From NCBI GenBank assembly GCA_021613535.1, contig CP075492.1:1860001-1924000 (forward strand): a DNA stretch of 64,000 bases. The letters run 5' to 3'. Shown here piece after piece: positions 1-11,267 of the stretch. The first letter of the stretch is position 1; each line of letters starts with the position of its first letter. A program made the translations under genes and the position numbers. Below the pieces are notes generated by a model, which ran no database searches, was not told the DNA's origin, and saw only the letters and a list, made by a program, of their open reading frames with translations. The DNA comes from Adineta vaga. Taxonomy: Eukaryota; Animalia; Rotifera.

Positions 1-2
1 AA

Positions 3-1196
3 CGTCCTATTGAATTTGTTTCAAATATTTCTTGGTTAAAACGAGCACAAACTGTAGCTGGTGGATATGGACAAGGAAATGAAATCAATCAATTATCGGA
101 ACCTAATGATATGTTTGTTGATAAAATGAATAATATTTATATTGCTGATTCATTAAATCATCGAATAATTAAATGGAATGAATATTTATATAAAAGTTTT
201 ACTATAGCTGGTGGAAATGGAAAAGGTAATGAAACAAATCAATTGAATTATCCAACAGCATTATTTATTGATAATGAAGAAAATATTTATATTTTTGATA
301 ATGGAAATAATCGTATTATTAAATGGAATATTAATAGGAACGATAGAATAATTATAATTGAACAAATCTATAATTGTTCAAGTATTTTTGTTGATCAAAA
401 ATTAAATATTTATCTTTCAGAAATTTCAAATCATCGTATTAGAAAATGGTTAAAAGATAGTCGATTAGGACAAACAATTATTAGAACAAATTCACCAAAT
501 GGAATTTATGTTCATGAAAAAACTGGGGATATTTATGTGGCAAGTTATTTAGATAATTCTGTTAAACAATTTACAGAAAATGGTTTATTTATTCGTCAAA
601 TAGGAAATAATATTCTTAAAGGTCCATTAAGTCTTATTATTCATGATGATAATTTATTAAAAAGAGTTTATATATTTATTGTTGATAGTGAACATCATCG
701 AATATTACAAATACAAATTGATAATCCATTGAATATAAAAACAATAGCAGGAATTAATAATGAATCAGGTAATGATCAATATCATTTAAATAAACCAATA
801 AAAATTCAATTTGATTCAAATTATAATTTATTAATACTCGATTCAAATAATCATCGAATTCAAAAATTTTCAATAATAAACAATAATTATCATAATCCAT
901 CATATTTAACATCATCAATGAAATCTACAACACTTTCAACATCAGTTAATGTACAACAATCAAATTATCAAAAAATATCGAATAATGATGGTGATGATGA
1001 TCATCATCATCATCTTTCAAATGAAAAACATTCGCCAATTGATGATACATTTGTTCCTCAACCTAACTTTGATTATAATCGACAATCTTTCGATATTAAT
1101 AGATATCAAAGTAATATTCATAATACTTGGCATGATTCTTCTATTCATCAAGCAAAACCTTCATCTTTTAGAAAATCTTCTTTTCGTAAAGGATAA
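3..1196 (+). CDS. NHL-repeat beta-propeller protein (5' end outside window), Ser/His-rich C-terminal tail
   Basis: Frame is open from position 3. Repeated NHL motifs: VAGGYGQGNEINQLSEP, IYIADSLNHRI, LLILDSNNHRIQKF. Confidence 0.85.
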   Translation, partial: RPIEFVSNISWLKRAQTVAGGYGQGNEINQLSEPNDMFVDKMNNIYIADSLNHRIIKWNEYLYKSFTIAGGNGKGNETNQLNYPTALFIDNEENIYIFDNGNNRIIKWNINRNDRIIIIEQIYNCSSIFVDQKLNIYLSEISNHRIRKWLKDSRLGQTIIRTNSPNGIYVHEKTGDIYVASYLDNSVKQFTENGLFIRQIGNNILKGPLSLIIHDDNLLKRVYIFIVDSEHHRILQIQIDNPLNIKTIAGINNESGNDQYHLNKPIKIQFDSNYNLLILDSNNHRIQKFSIINNNYHNPSYLTSSMKSTTLSTSVNVQQSNYQKISNNDGDDDHHHHLSNEKHSPIDDTFVPQPNFDYNRQSFDINRYQSNIHNTWHDSSIHQAKPSSFRKSSFRKG

Positions 1197-1359
1197 ATCA
1201 TTCAATTTAATATATTTTTCATTGATAAAATTAAATAAAACGATCAAGTAATAAATAGAGAAAATTTCTTTCTTTTTCTTCTTCTTTAAATTCATCAAAA
1301 AGAAAATCGAACAGATCCTATGTGAAAAACAAAAAATCATTCTAATAATATGTCATATT

Positions 1360-3229
1360 TCATTTCTTTTTATATTTTTCTTCAAATGTAATTTCGTCTC
1401 GATAAGAATCCAGATATTTAATATTCATTTGATTTGGAAAGACTTTCTGAATCTCGAAAAACGTTGAACTTAATGATTGTTTCCATGACCAAAGTTCTAC
1501 ATTCCAACCTCTTGTCAATACTGTCTCTACAACAATCGGAAAACTCGTTTGATTCTGATTTCGATTTCTATCACCTGTAACCAAAACAAGAGTTCGTCCT
1601 CTATTTGTAATTGCGGTCTCATTATAACCAAGAAGTTTATGAAAGATTTGTGCGTGTAACATATCATCTAGATGACTTTCCTAGAAAAATTTGCTTTAAT
1701 ACGATAAGTATTGAGAATATAAAAAGCACTATAACTTACTTTGCCCGTTATTGATCGTTCTCCAATTTTACATGTATAACCACAAGATTCCCATTCTTCC
1801 CAAACACGTGGAGTTTTTGGTGGTTCACTTCCACCAACAAGACGTGTTTTTATATCTATTTTTACTTTACCTCTTTCAAGTTCGTTTGCAAGCTTGGCAT
1901 TATTTACACGAATAGCTGGATTGATTTTATATGATTTTGTTTCTTTATCATAAATCGTTTGAGCACCAATAAACACATTTGAATTATCGACAATAATATA
2001 ATAATCAGTTGGTATATATGTTTGACTTGTAACATTAGTTTCTCTTGACGAATGTATGGTTTTCTTTCTCAACACAACTGGCTGTTTACTATAGTCGTGT
2101 CCAGTGGAACGGGGTCTTCAGGAGAAACAAGTTGTTTTTTTATAAAAGGCTTGATATAATTCTCGTGTATCATTATCTCTAAGTGCCACTTTTTTCACCT
2201 CGTCAATGTCTGAAGTGCGATTGAATGTTTCTCTTCTTGGATCATAATCTTCAACTTGAATCCAAACTTGTATTTGAACTGTTTCAGGCTCCATCCTTGG
2301 TTTCCTTTCTTAAAATATAAGAATATAAGTTTACATTTGTAGCAGTTTCAAGTCTTTCTTAGTGGATGAATCGAATGATCTTAGAAACATCTGAGATAAA
2401 GATAAATCAAACTCAAACCTGGCTGTGGTCTCGGACGTGATGATGTTTCGGATTCCTTGACAAAAATTCGATAATTATTTAAGCGAGATACGCAGTGTCC
2501 TGAAAAATAAACCATAATTTATTCTATTCAAAACTGGCTTCTTTTTACTCGATTTTACCATTAAATTTTTCAATGGCTCTTTTGATGGATTCTTCCTTTT
2601 CAAATGTAATCGTTGCCATGCCACGAAATTCAGAATTGTGAAGTTTGTCTTTAAATAGATAAATGTATGATTTGTTCGTTCTTTCATTAATCTAAATACA
2701 AGAGAATTCAATTTAGAATTTATTTTCTACAATTTTTTCCTTATTACTTTGATATGACCAGCCTCCGAGAAGACTTCTCGTAATGTATCGTATAGGCGTC
2801 GATCAGACATATTCAGTGGTAAAGACCAGACAAATATCTGATATCGATTGAATGTTGTACTAGAAGTACTTCCAGAGTCATCAGATTCTTCCGCATCTGA
2901 ATTCGGCATTTCTGTTTCATCTTTAATAAATGTTAGTTTTCCTTTTGAACATTGTCTAAATAAATAAATGATAAACAAATTTGTTTATTCATTTTCTATA
3001 CATACATATTACAACACATCAAGCTATCGTAACCTTTGATGGTTCTAACAGTCAGAATCATTCCACATGTTCTACATTTAAGGCATTCTTTATGCGACAC
3101 CTAAAATATTCGAGTGTTTTCACATGAAGAAAAAGATTCTCACGAACTTACTGTGTCAAGACATTCGATTCCGTCCTTTGGATCGACTTTTTTATGACAT
3201 ATTCCACACATTGGCGATGGAGACGCCAT
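1360..3229 (-). CDS. Multi-exon LIM + FET-type RRM + NYN (PIN-like) nuclease-domain protein, with an apparent reading-frame lesion
   Basis: ATG at 3229. Spliced exons give a LIM domain (CGIC...HKECLKCRTC...CC), an RRM (IFVWSLP...IKINERTNKSYIYLFKDK...RGMATITFE...AIEKFNG) and a NYN domain (IIVDNSNVF...LDDMLH...LVLVTGD...GWNVELWSW). Intron 1740-1681 joins ORFs 1668..2075 and 1360..1662. In-frame TGA at 2120-2118 follows an A7 run. Confidence 0.75.
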
Positions 3230-4955
3230 TCTTACTCTTTTTGTTTCAGCTCTGATAAAGAAAGTAAAAAAATATAAAGTAAATCTTTACTCTTTATCAA
3301 GTAATGATAAGAGTTTTGTTATCGCTATTTGTAATCACTTTTACAATAGTAACTTGTATGGTGTCTCTTTTTCTCGCTCTTGTTGATATTTTTCATCCTT
3401 AGTTTAAATATTTCAAGTTTACTGCGTTGACAAAAACATTTTATCAGATATTTTCAATAATTTTCCGCGAAAACCCATAATAAATGTGTTTTAGATTCAT
3501 TAAGATTTTCTCCAGGCTCGACCTCCTTGCCGTGCGATTGTCATTCAATAATTCCATTGAACCATCTGGTCATATTTATAGTAAGATTAAATATGATAAT
3601 CTCTCTGATTAGTAAGGCGAAATCTTTTTATATCCAAATATGCATATCATATACAGGTAAAATCTTAATAACTCTAAATTCTTGCTTAAGTTTTACGTTT
3701 GCGGACGACTTCGCGAGTTTTACTCAGCTTTAACAGAAAATATCCTGTTAAAGGAGTTCCTAGAACTAAGCGCTTCATTAATAACACCACAATAATAGAA
3801 AAATGTATAAACTGGTGTGCTAGCATTTCCACAAACGAGTCCACCGTTAATTATGACATTGACGAAGTGAAAACTCTTGCTGCTTTCCCTGAAAAATTCT
3901 AATTTCTCCTCTTCTCGTATCTTCTCTCTGTGTTTTTTCTTGTTGGTGTTGTTCATTCTCAGAACTTTCCTCTTGTCTTTGTACGAATGAGATTCAAAGA
4001 ATGTTGTCAATGTTGAATTTCTTTCTGCCCTTATATGTTATCACTTCTTCTTCTTTTCTTTTGCTGTTGCTCTTTCTTTCTCCTCCATCATATTCTTTTA
4101 TCCTATGTACTGTAAGAACCTTCAAGGTCGACAGATTGTTGCTCAATAAAATTTAGAGAAAAATCTTAATAACTTCATGAATATTTCCTCTGGCAACAGT
4201 ATTTATCCTTTATAGTTATGACCATTGATATATAAACACACTTTATTGTGATAAGATTACACCTGGTGAAAGGTAGATATTTATTAGAATGTTTAGGTAT
4301 TGAAAAGTTTAACTAATGCGTAGGGTATTATAATTCAATAAATATATGTGAATCTTAATACTAAAACACATTCTAATTTATCGACTAACAAAACTAGTTT
4401 ATGCATATTTATACATCTGATAATCTACAAGTTCCTGAATATTATCAGAAGTAGTCAACTGAATTAATTGTGACGAAGGTATTCGATATGTAAATATTTT
4501 TTAAAATCTTCTAAATCCTTAGGTATAGTTGACGTTTATCTACATTTGATGTTGATCTGGTTTATCTTCTCTGTAGCTGCAATTTTTCAAATTATAATTT
4601 TTCTAATTCAAACTACACTATATATTGTCATAAAAATCGAAAAATTAATTTAAATATTACCGTTTGTTGACATTTAATAAAAAAATTTTTATTTTGATTA
4701 AAAAATCACATGTTTTTCTATACTGTAAAAAAGTGGGGAATAACCAACGATAAAAGCGTTTATGATGGTCTCATAAACGTAGAAAAAGATTTATGAATTT
4801 TCAGCGTATAAGAAACTCTGTTTTTATTGTGCTTGACAAAGATATAAATCCTTTTTGGATTTATGAAGTACTTCAAGAAACAGAAGAAAAGATTTATTAT
4901 ACATTGCGAATCGTCTAATTGTTATTTTTTACAACTTTCCATGCTGTAAGATCAT

Positions 4956-5011
4956 GGTGTGAGTGTAGGTGGTTTTCTTTTTTTAGCCACACCCACACCC
5001 TCACCCACCCC
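4956..5011. repeat. Telomere-like hairpin element copy (degenerate)
   Basis: GGTGTGAGTGTAGGTGG-T-rich spacer-CCACACCCACACCCTCACCCACCCC. Confidence 0.7.
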
Positions 5012-7234
5012 TGAAAATTTCAAAGTGAGGCTAGGTTTAAACCGAATTCCTCGGACTGCGTTAATGTGATTCTCATTAACTCTTATATGAAGATTTTGTG
5101 AAATTTTGTTAGTTTTTGTACGATTGCTTTTAATTGCATTCGATTCATTGTTTGTTATTTACACTCAATGATGTTCTAGGATATATTCAGTTCAGGAAAG
5201 AAGCATAAATGTAAAGATGAAATTACAGAAGTTATATTGACAGATATCTAACCATTCTTTGTGCTTTCATATTCACATACCAAATTTGTTAAATGAAGAT
5301 AAGTTTATAAATATATTGTTACAATTTGAATATGGAATGAGAGAATGATCTCTTGGCTAAGACAAAATTCTATACTTATATTTGAGAATAAAAGGATGTT
5401 TGTACTGAACAAGAAAGCAGAACAGAATTACTTTTTTCAAGGATGAAATAAAATGTACCGAAAAAAAGAGATGGTCAATATCTCATCTTTCTATACCTAT
5501 GCAATGACTTACTTTAACTAACGTTGATAAATTGGTCAAATGATGAAAAAGAGAAAGAAAGGATAAACAAGTTGAAACATAAAGCAGAACAATATGACGT
5601 TAATATGTGTTTGACGAACAAATGTGATGTTTGCATTAGAGATTACATTATTTATCTTTTGCAACTCTAGTGAGTTATATATAAAGATGAAATAGTTTAG
5701 AATAGTAACACATTTCTCTTTAATTTTAAGTTGCTTATGAAACACAATATGTATAACAAACAAATACATAGTGAGTATACCATTGAAAATAATTCATCAT
5801 GCTAAGAATCCAATGATGAGGATGCACTAGTGTGACAAATCATCCTATTCTATAACGTTCAATATTATAGAAGAGGATGTGTTTCATTTGGATGTGAAGA
5901 GTAATAAGAGTGAACGCATCCCCAGTGAAACAAACGAACCCAGATCGATGATTCCGGGCTTCAGAAAAAAATCGAATTTCACCGGAACAGACCAGAAAGT
6001 AATGAAAATGGAAGCAGTATTCAGACCAAGAAATTGTTGGAATCTTTCCGATGTGCAAGAAATTCCCGGTCAGAACATTCCGGTACCGGTCGGTTCCCAC
6101 TCTTATTTTTCGATCTGGGAAGGGTTCGGACGCGATGTATTCTAAAGACGCGTCTAAATGCGTTTCATAAAAATGTAAAAATTTCGAAGAAAATATCATA
6201 ATCCATTTCGGATTCTATAATAGATTCGGGGATCCGCTTTTCCCTCATTGTCTTAGCTTAACCTGGGAAACGGATTGAAACTCACATTAAGCGATAGCGA
6301 TCAGAAGTTTTCGACCTACAGAACTGAGCTATATATGGCGAGAAGAAATCTTTTATCGTTGAAAATTTCATCGCTCAAATGATTTATTTCAATAAGGGAG
6401 AATTTTTCAAAATAATAATGATAATAACGTCTTATAGATTTAACGCTCGTTGGAACAGACCACGGTTATTATTAGTATTTTTTCCACATGCAGTCGGGTT
6501 CTTTCGTCTTTTTCTTTTTTCGGACGGCGATATGTGCACTCTCTTCTGTCCAACATACTGACTAATCATGTAGTTAGTACGAAGCTTATAATCATATAAT
6601 TTAAACAATAGTAAATAAAATATATATAAACCGACGATTTTTTTGTCACGTAGTTATTTCTGCTAGCGCAACACCTTCTGAAGTAAAATCGGGTCTAGAA
6701 TACGAGAAATGAACGCGTACAAGCGCTCTCAAGAATATGATCGCACTCCAAGGCAACTGAGAAAAATATCTGGGACACGTTTGAATGCATCGATCTTGTG
6801 TTTCGTATTTCTATGGGCATTTTCGATAAATTGCTTGTACATTTGAGTTGCCTCTTCCGAATATCTTTAGAAGAGTGAATATAGGATGATCGTGATTCTA
6901 TCATTTCTTGGATTGCAATCATCAATATCTTTTTTTTCAGTTATTCTCTCGTTGGTATTGGCATTTACTATCGCTGCACCGAGAAAACGACAAGCTGCTA
7001 CAATCAACATCGCGAAAACTACGGCCAGTGCTAATCTATCAGGTAAGATTTAGACTAAATGCATCTAAATCAATGATGTTAATGCAATGATTTTGTCGTC
7101 CTATGAGAGATCTGTAAGTACTACATGAAAGGAAAGTCTCATTAGTCGATTTTTAGAAAACAAATTTTCCTATCCATAGATTAATCAAAAAATTTCAGTT
7201 CACAGCGAAAAAAATTATACTAGTAAATTGATGT

Positions 7235-7265
7235 ACCCAGACCCAGACCCACACCCTCAAAAGAT
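7235..7265. repeat. Telomere-like element, right half only
   Basis: ACCCAGACCCAGACCCACACCCTCAAAAGAT, about 40 nt before a Kelch exon fragment. Confidence 0.7.
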
Positions 7266-7304
7266 TTCTTTTCAAAATAAACAAATAAAAATGTTTTTAT
7301 TTAG

Positions 7305-7623
7305 GATGGTCTAATATTAGCAGACTTAATTATGGACGAGCTATGCACACAGCGTCTATATTAACAGATGGAAAAGTATTAGTTACTGGTGGAATGATGT
7401 CGAAGCTATAAATGGGGCTGAATTGTATGATCCATTAACGGAACTTTGGACAATTACTGCTAGTATGAATTATGTAAGAACATCTCACACAGCATCCTTA
7501 TTAAAAGATAGAAAAGTGTTAGTGACTGGTGGATCTATTTCTGGTAGTACTCTGAATACTGCTGAGTTATATGATTCATCAACGAATATATGGACAACTA
7601 CTAGTGGCGCGAATAATCAATGA
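7305..7623 (+). pseudogene. Kelch-repeat gene fragment (about 2 repeats, frameshifted, premature stop)
   Basis: Splice acceptor near 7304. Motifs RAMHTASILTDGKVLVTGG and RTSHTASLLKDRKVLVTGG...AELYD; frameshift near 7400; TGA at 7621. Confidence 0.75.
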
Positions 7624-7920
7624 CATCGTGACACGGTCTTTACATTAAAAAATGAAAAAAACGCTAACTGAGAGTAAAAATAATGATACATTATATATGA
7701 ATAATGAAGACTTAGATTGATCATTTTAAAATAGAAAACTAACAATCAAAATGATTTTCGTCTTTTAATATATTTAATGAACCTCGAAAATTGTTGTTGA
7801 TACGAACAACATATTATTGTCTTGATAAACACTATCATTATGGGCAATATCATATAGGTTTTTTTATCAAATATGATTTTGAATTGTATTCAGTTTTGAC
7901 AATCAGAGATCTGAACAATC

Positions 7921-8286
7921 GGGTGTGGGTTGATATAAAGAATCGAGACCCACACCCTCAAGATTTTACTGTTTTTCATTAAAAATACTAGAGTTTCTGT
8001 TAAAGTAAAGTCTTATAACTTTTGGATATTTTCTTCATTTGATAAAAAAAATAACTGTAAAAAACATGCTTATAAAGGTAAACAAGCTGCAATCTCTTTG
8101 TAATACGACAAAGAAATATGATGCGTCATTATATATATTATATATTATTTTGAAAGTCGGTAGGGTGCCGCCTACCCACCCGGCGATATCTGGTTACGCG
8201 ACTAGAGGGTGAGTGTGGATGTCGGTGTGGGTATGAGTTAATATCTTGAGGGTGTGGGTCTCGATTCTTTATATCAACCCACACCC
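7921..8286. repeat. Two identical 44-bp telomere-like hairpin elements in inverted orientation (7921-7964 and 8243-8286)
   Basis: GGGTGTGGGTTGATATAAAGAATCGAGACCCACACCCTCAAGAT and its exact reverse complement. Confidence 0.9.
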
Positions 8287-8960
8287 ACAAGGATCCGTCA
8301 GGTTCCAAAAAAATGTGTAGGATCCGCTTTTTTCTCCTTGCTTTCCTTTTTACAAAATATTTTAGCCATTTTGGGTAAATGGCATATATAGTTTTCTGAT
8401 TAATTCCGATATTGGACCTCAAATGAATCCTATCGGATCTCCCTAGTCTTAGACAAAATGAGCTTTTCAGCGCAGTCCCTTTAGGACTAAAATAGGGAAC
8501 TCACAGAGTCTATTTGCAATAATAGCCTGCATTTAATGGGTTTTGCTTGAAATCGGGTTATTGTTGTAATGAAGTTTTGGCTATAATAGTATTATGCCTG
8601 TAATGATGCCTTGTCTGTGATAGAGAAATGTCTGTAATAGAGGGCGCGGGAGGGGAGAGGGCCAAATTTCTCGACTTAAAACTTGGACACACTTATTTTT
8701 CTTTGAAAAGTATATATGATTTCCGACTGTTTCTTAACACCAGATCCGCCGGGATCTTATCGAAAGCAGTCGAAATCCGACAATATATAACCGACAGAAT
8801 CTAACGTACCCATTTCGACCTATGAGCTATCTCTCACTTTATTAACTTAGTATATTTAACATCGTTATTTATCAGTTAACTTGTATTTGTTTTTCGATAA
8901 GTATAAATAGACATTTCTTTTGAAACGTAAGAACATAAACATCGTGTTTAAGTTTTAACA

Positions 8961-10309
8961 ATGAAGGTAAATAATTATCTCTACTGAGAATATTTCACTT
9001 GTTTTTATTGTTTTTTAGCTATTTATTTTTTGTATTCTATTTGGTACAGTTGTGTGTGATTTATCACTTGAACAGGATAAATTAAAGCGTGATTATAAAA
9101 AAACAATATGCAAATGGTGATGAAGAACTTGAACGTAAACAGATCTCCGTTAATAATTTTAATCGCATACGAAATTATCCACAAACTCATCCAGATGCTT
9201 CGTTAACTATGGGAATTAATGATTTAACTGATGGACGTGTTCAAGTAAGTCATCATTACAAAAACGTTTCAATTCAAAAACCAAAACATATTGTAGGAAG
9301 TTGTTTCTGATACAAAATTATCTTTTAAATCGTATCCAATGTCATCGAAGCAATCGACTGATGTAAAAAATTTCTCTGAATCACTTGATTGACGTGTAAA
9401 AGGTGTCGTCTCACCGGTGAAAAGGCTAGGTATAATTGGAGGAGTCGTCTCTGCTGTTGTCAGTACTGGTATGATAATCGAAAAAGATCTGTAAATGAAG
9501 TTTTATCATCTAGTACTTTTTATATAGAACTTGTGGAAAGTCTTTTTGCTATTGAAGGAAAACAACTTATTGAAGGTAGTATTTCTCGAATATTTGATTG
9601 TTGTCCACAACCAAATGATACTTTTGAATGTATACAAAATATGAGTGGTATTTGTAAGAATAGTGATTATCCTACTGCTCTTCATAAATGTGAACCAAAT
9701 CAATGTAAACCATTTGCAACCGTATGTATTATATATATATATATATATTATGTAGAATATTATTTTAAAATGCATATAGTTCAACACAATTAAGAGATTG
9801 ACAAATAACGATGAAAATACAATGTTAGCTTGGATACAAGAATCTACACTTTATGCAAAAATGGATGCTAGTAGTGAAGAATTTTCAGAGTATAAAGGAG
9901 GTATCTTTGATTATGAAGGGTGTTCAGAAACAATGATTGATCATGTGGTATAAACTGAATAGATTTTGTCTCTCTCTTAAAATAATATTCTGTTATTTAG
10001 TTACAAATTGTTGGTTATGGTGTTGAAGGTGGTAAACCGTTTTGGATATGCAAAAATAGCTGGGGTAGATAATTATATCAATCATAAAGGTTTTTCGTTA
10101 CTTTCGATTTTTCTTCTATAGGTGATCATTGGGGAGAGGGTGGCTATATACGTATTGCCCGCGGTAAAAATTTGTGTGGTATTGCTACAAATGTCGTACA
10201 AATTGCTAACACAAAGACAAGTGATGCTTCACGACAACAAACTACTATTCCAATGATTTTTATCCTATTATTAACAGTCATCTATCAAACGATTATCGGC
10301 TACTATTAA
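8961..10309 (+). pseudogene. Papain-family (C1A) cathepsin-like gene lacking the catalytic Cys, with a hydrophobic C-terminal tail; disrupted
   Basis: Signal peptide and I29-like prodomain (ER...F...GINDLTD). LD*R has TGA at 9390 in the DWR motif. DHV, IVGYG, FWICKNSWG, WGEGGYIRIARGKNLCGI are present. Frameshift in an A-run near 9100; several short introns. Confidence 0.8.
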
Positions 10310-10389
10310 TCAAAATATTCAACTAAAAAGAAATATATATATTTATGTTTAATTTAAATCATTTATCATAAAATAAATCAACGAAATTC

Positions 10390-10431
10390 ATCTTGAGGGT
10401 GGGTGTGGGTATCGCTCTTTTTACGCCCACC
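10390..10431. repeat. Telomere-like hairpin element copy
   Basis: ATCTTGAGGGTGGGTGTGGGT-ATCGCTCTTTTTACG-CCCACC, just after AATAAA of the cathepsin-like gene. Confidence 0.8.
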
Positions 10432-11267
10432 AATCACATAGCCTTTCTTAAAGAATGATAATATAATTATTTATTAAGAAAAAATGCTACAATATCAATA
10501 AATATGAAAAATACACATCAAACCACTGAATAACTGATTAATATCCAATTTTTCATCAACATAACTTTCTTGCATCTAATACTTCTCATTCCTCCTCATT
10601 ATCATAAAAACATACATTATTAACGATAAAATCAATGTTGGTAAGATTGTAGTTCCAATAATTCGTTCCTTGAGATAAAATCTTAAAACTACTAACAAAT
10701 CTTGTAGTTATATGTCGAGAAAAACATTGAGTTTGAAAATGATTTATTAAGAATCCATCAGAAGAATTTTCATTCATTTCTTTCTTTATTAAGATAATAA
10801 TAATCTGATGTAAAATTATATTTTTTATCATTTGTCGATCATCTTGATTATGAATTATTTGATTGTGAAATTATATTTCTATTTTATTTTAATAAACAGT
10901 TCTTAAATAAATATTTATATTAAGAAATTCTGTACAATAATATATATATATATATAATAGTCTTATCAAAAGTAACTTCTCGTCTCTATCGTATAGATAA
11001 ATTAAAGAGAAATTTATCATCGAATATTTTTTTCTCGTTGATATTGGAAAAAGAATTAGACATTTACATTATATAGTATCTCTGAAAGTGTGAGTAAATA
11101 TATTATGTTCCTTGTTAATTTTGATATAGAGTTACATTTAAACAATTATGATTTAGGATCAATATGTGTAGAGTATTGAAGATTGATCTCACCCTCCAAT
11201 AAGTTGCGAATAATAGTTTTGCCATATCTATTTTCACTTAATGCCAACAATTCTTTTTAAACATTAT

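Noticed and set aside
5840-6267. Opposing ORFs in a CCGG/TTCC-rich stretch
   Set aside because: Looks like a degenerate MITE-type repeat; termini and TSD could not be defined and no coding signature was seen.
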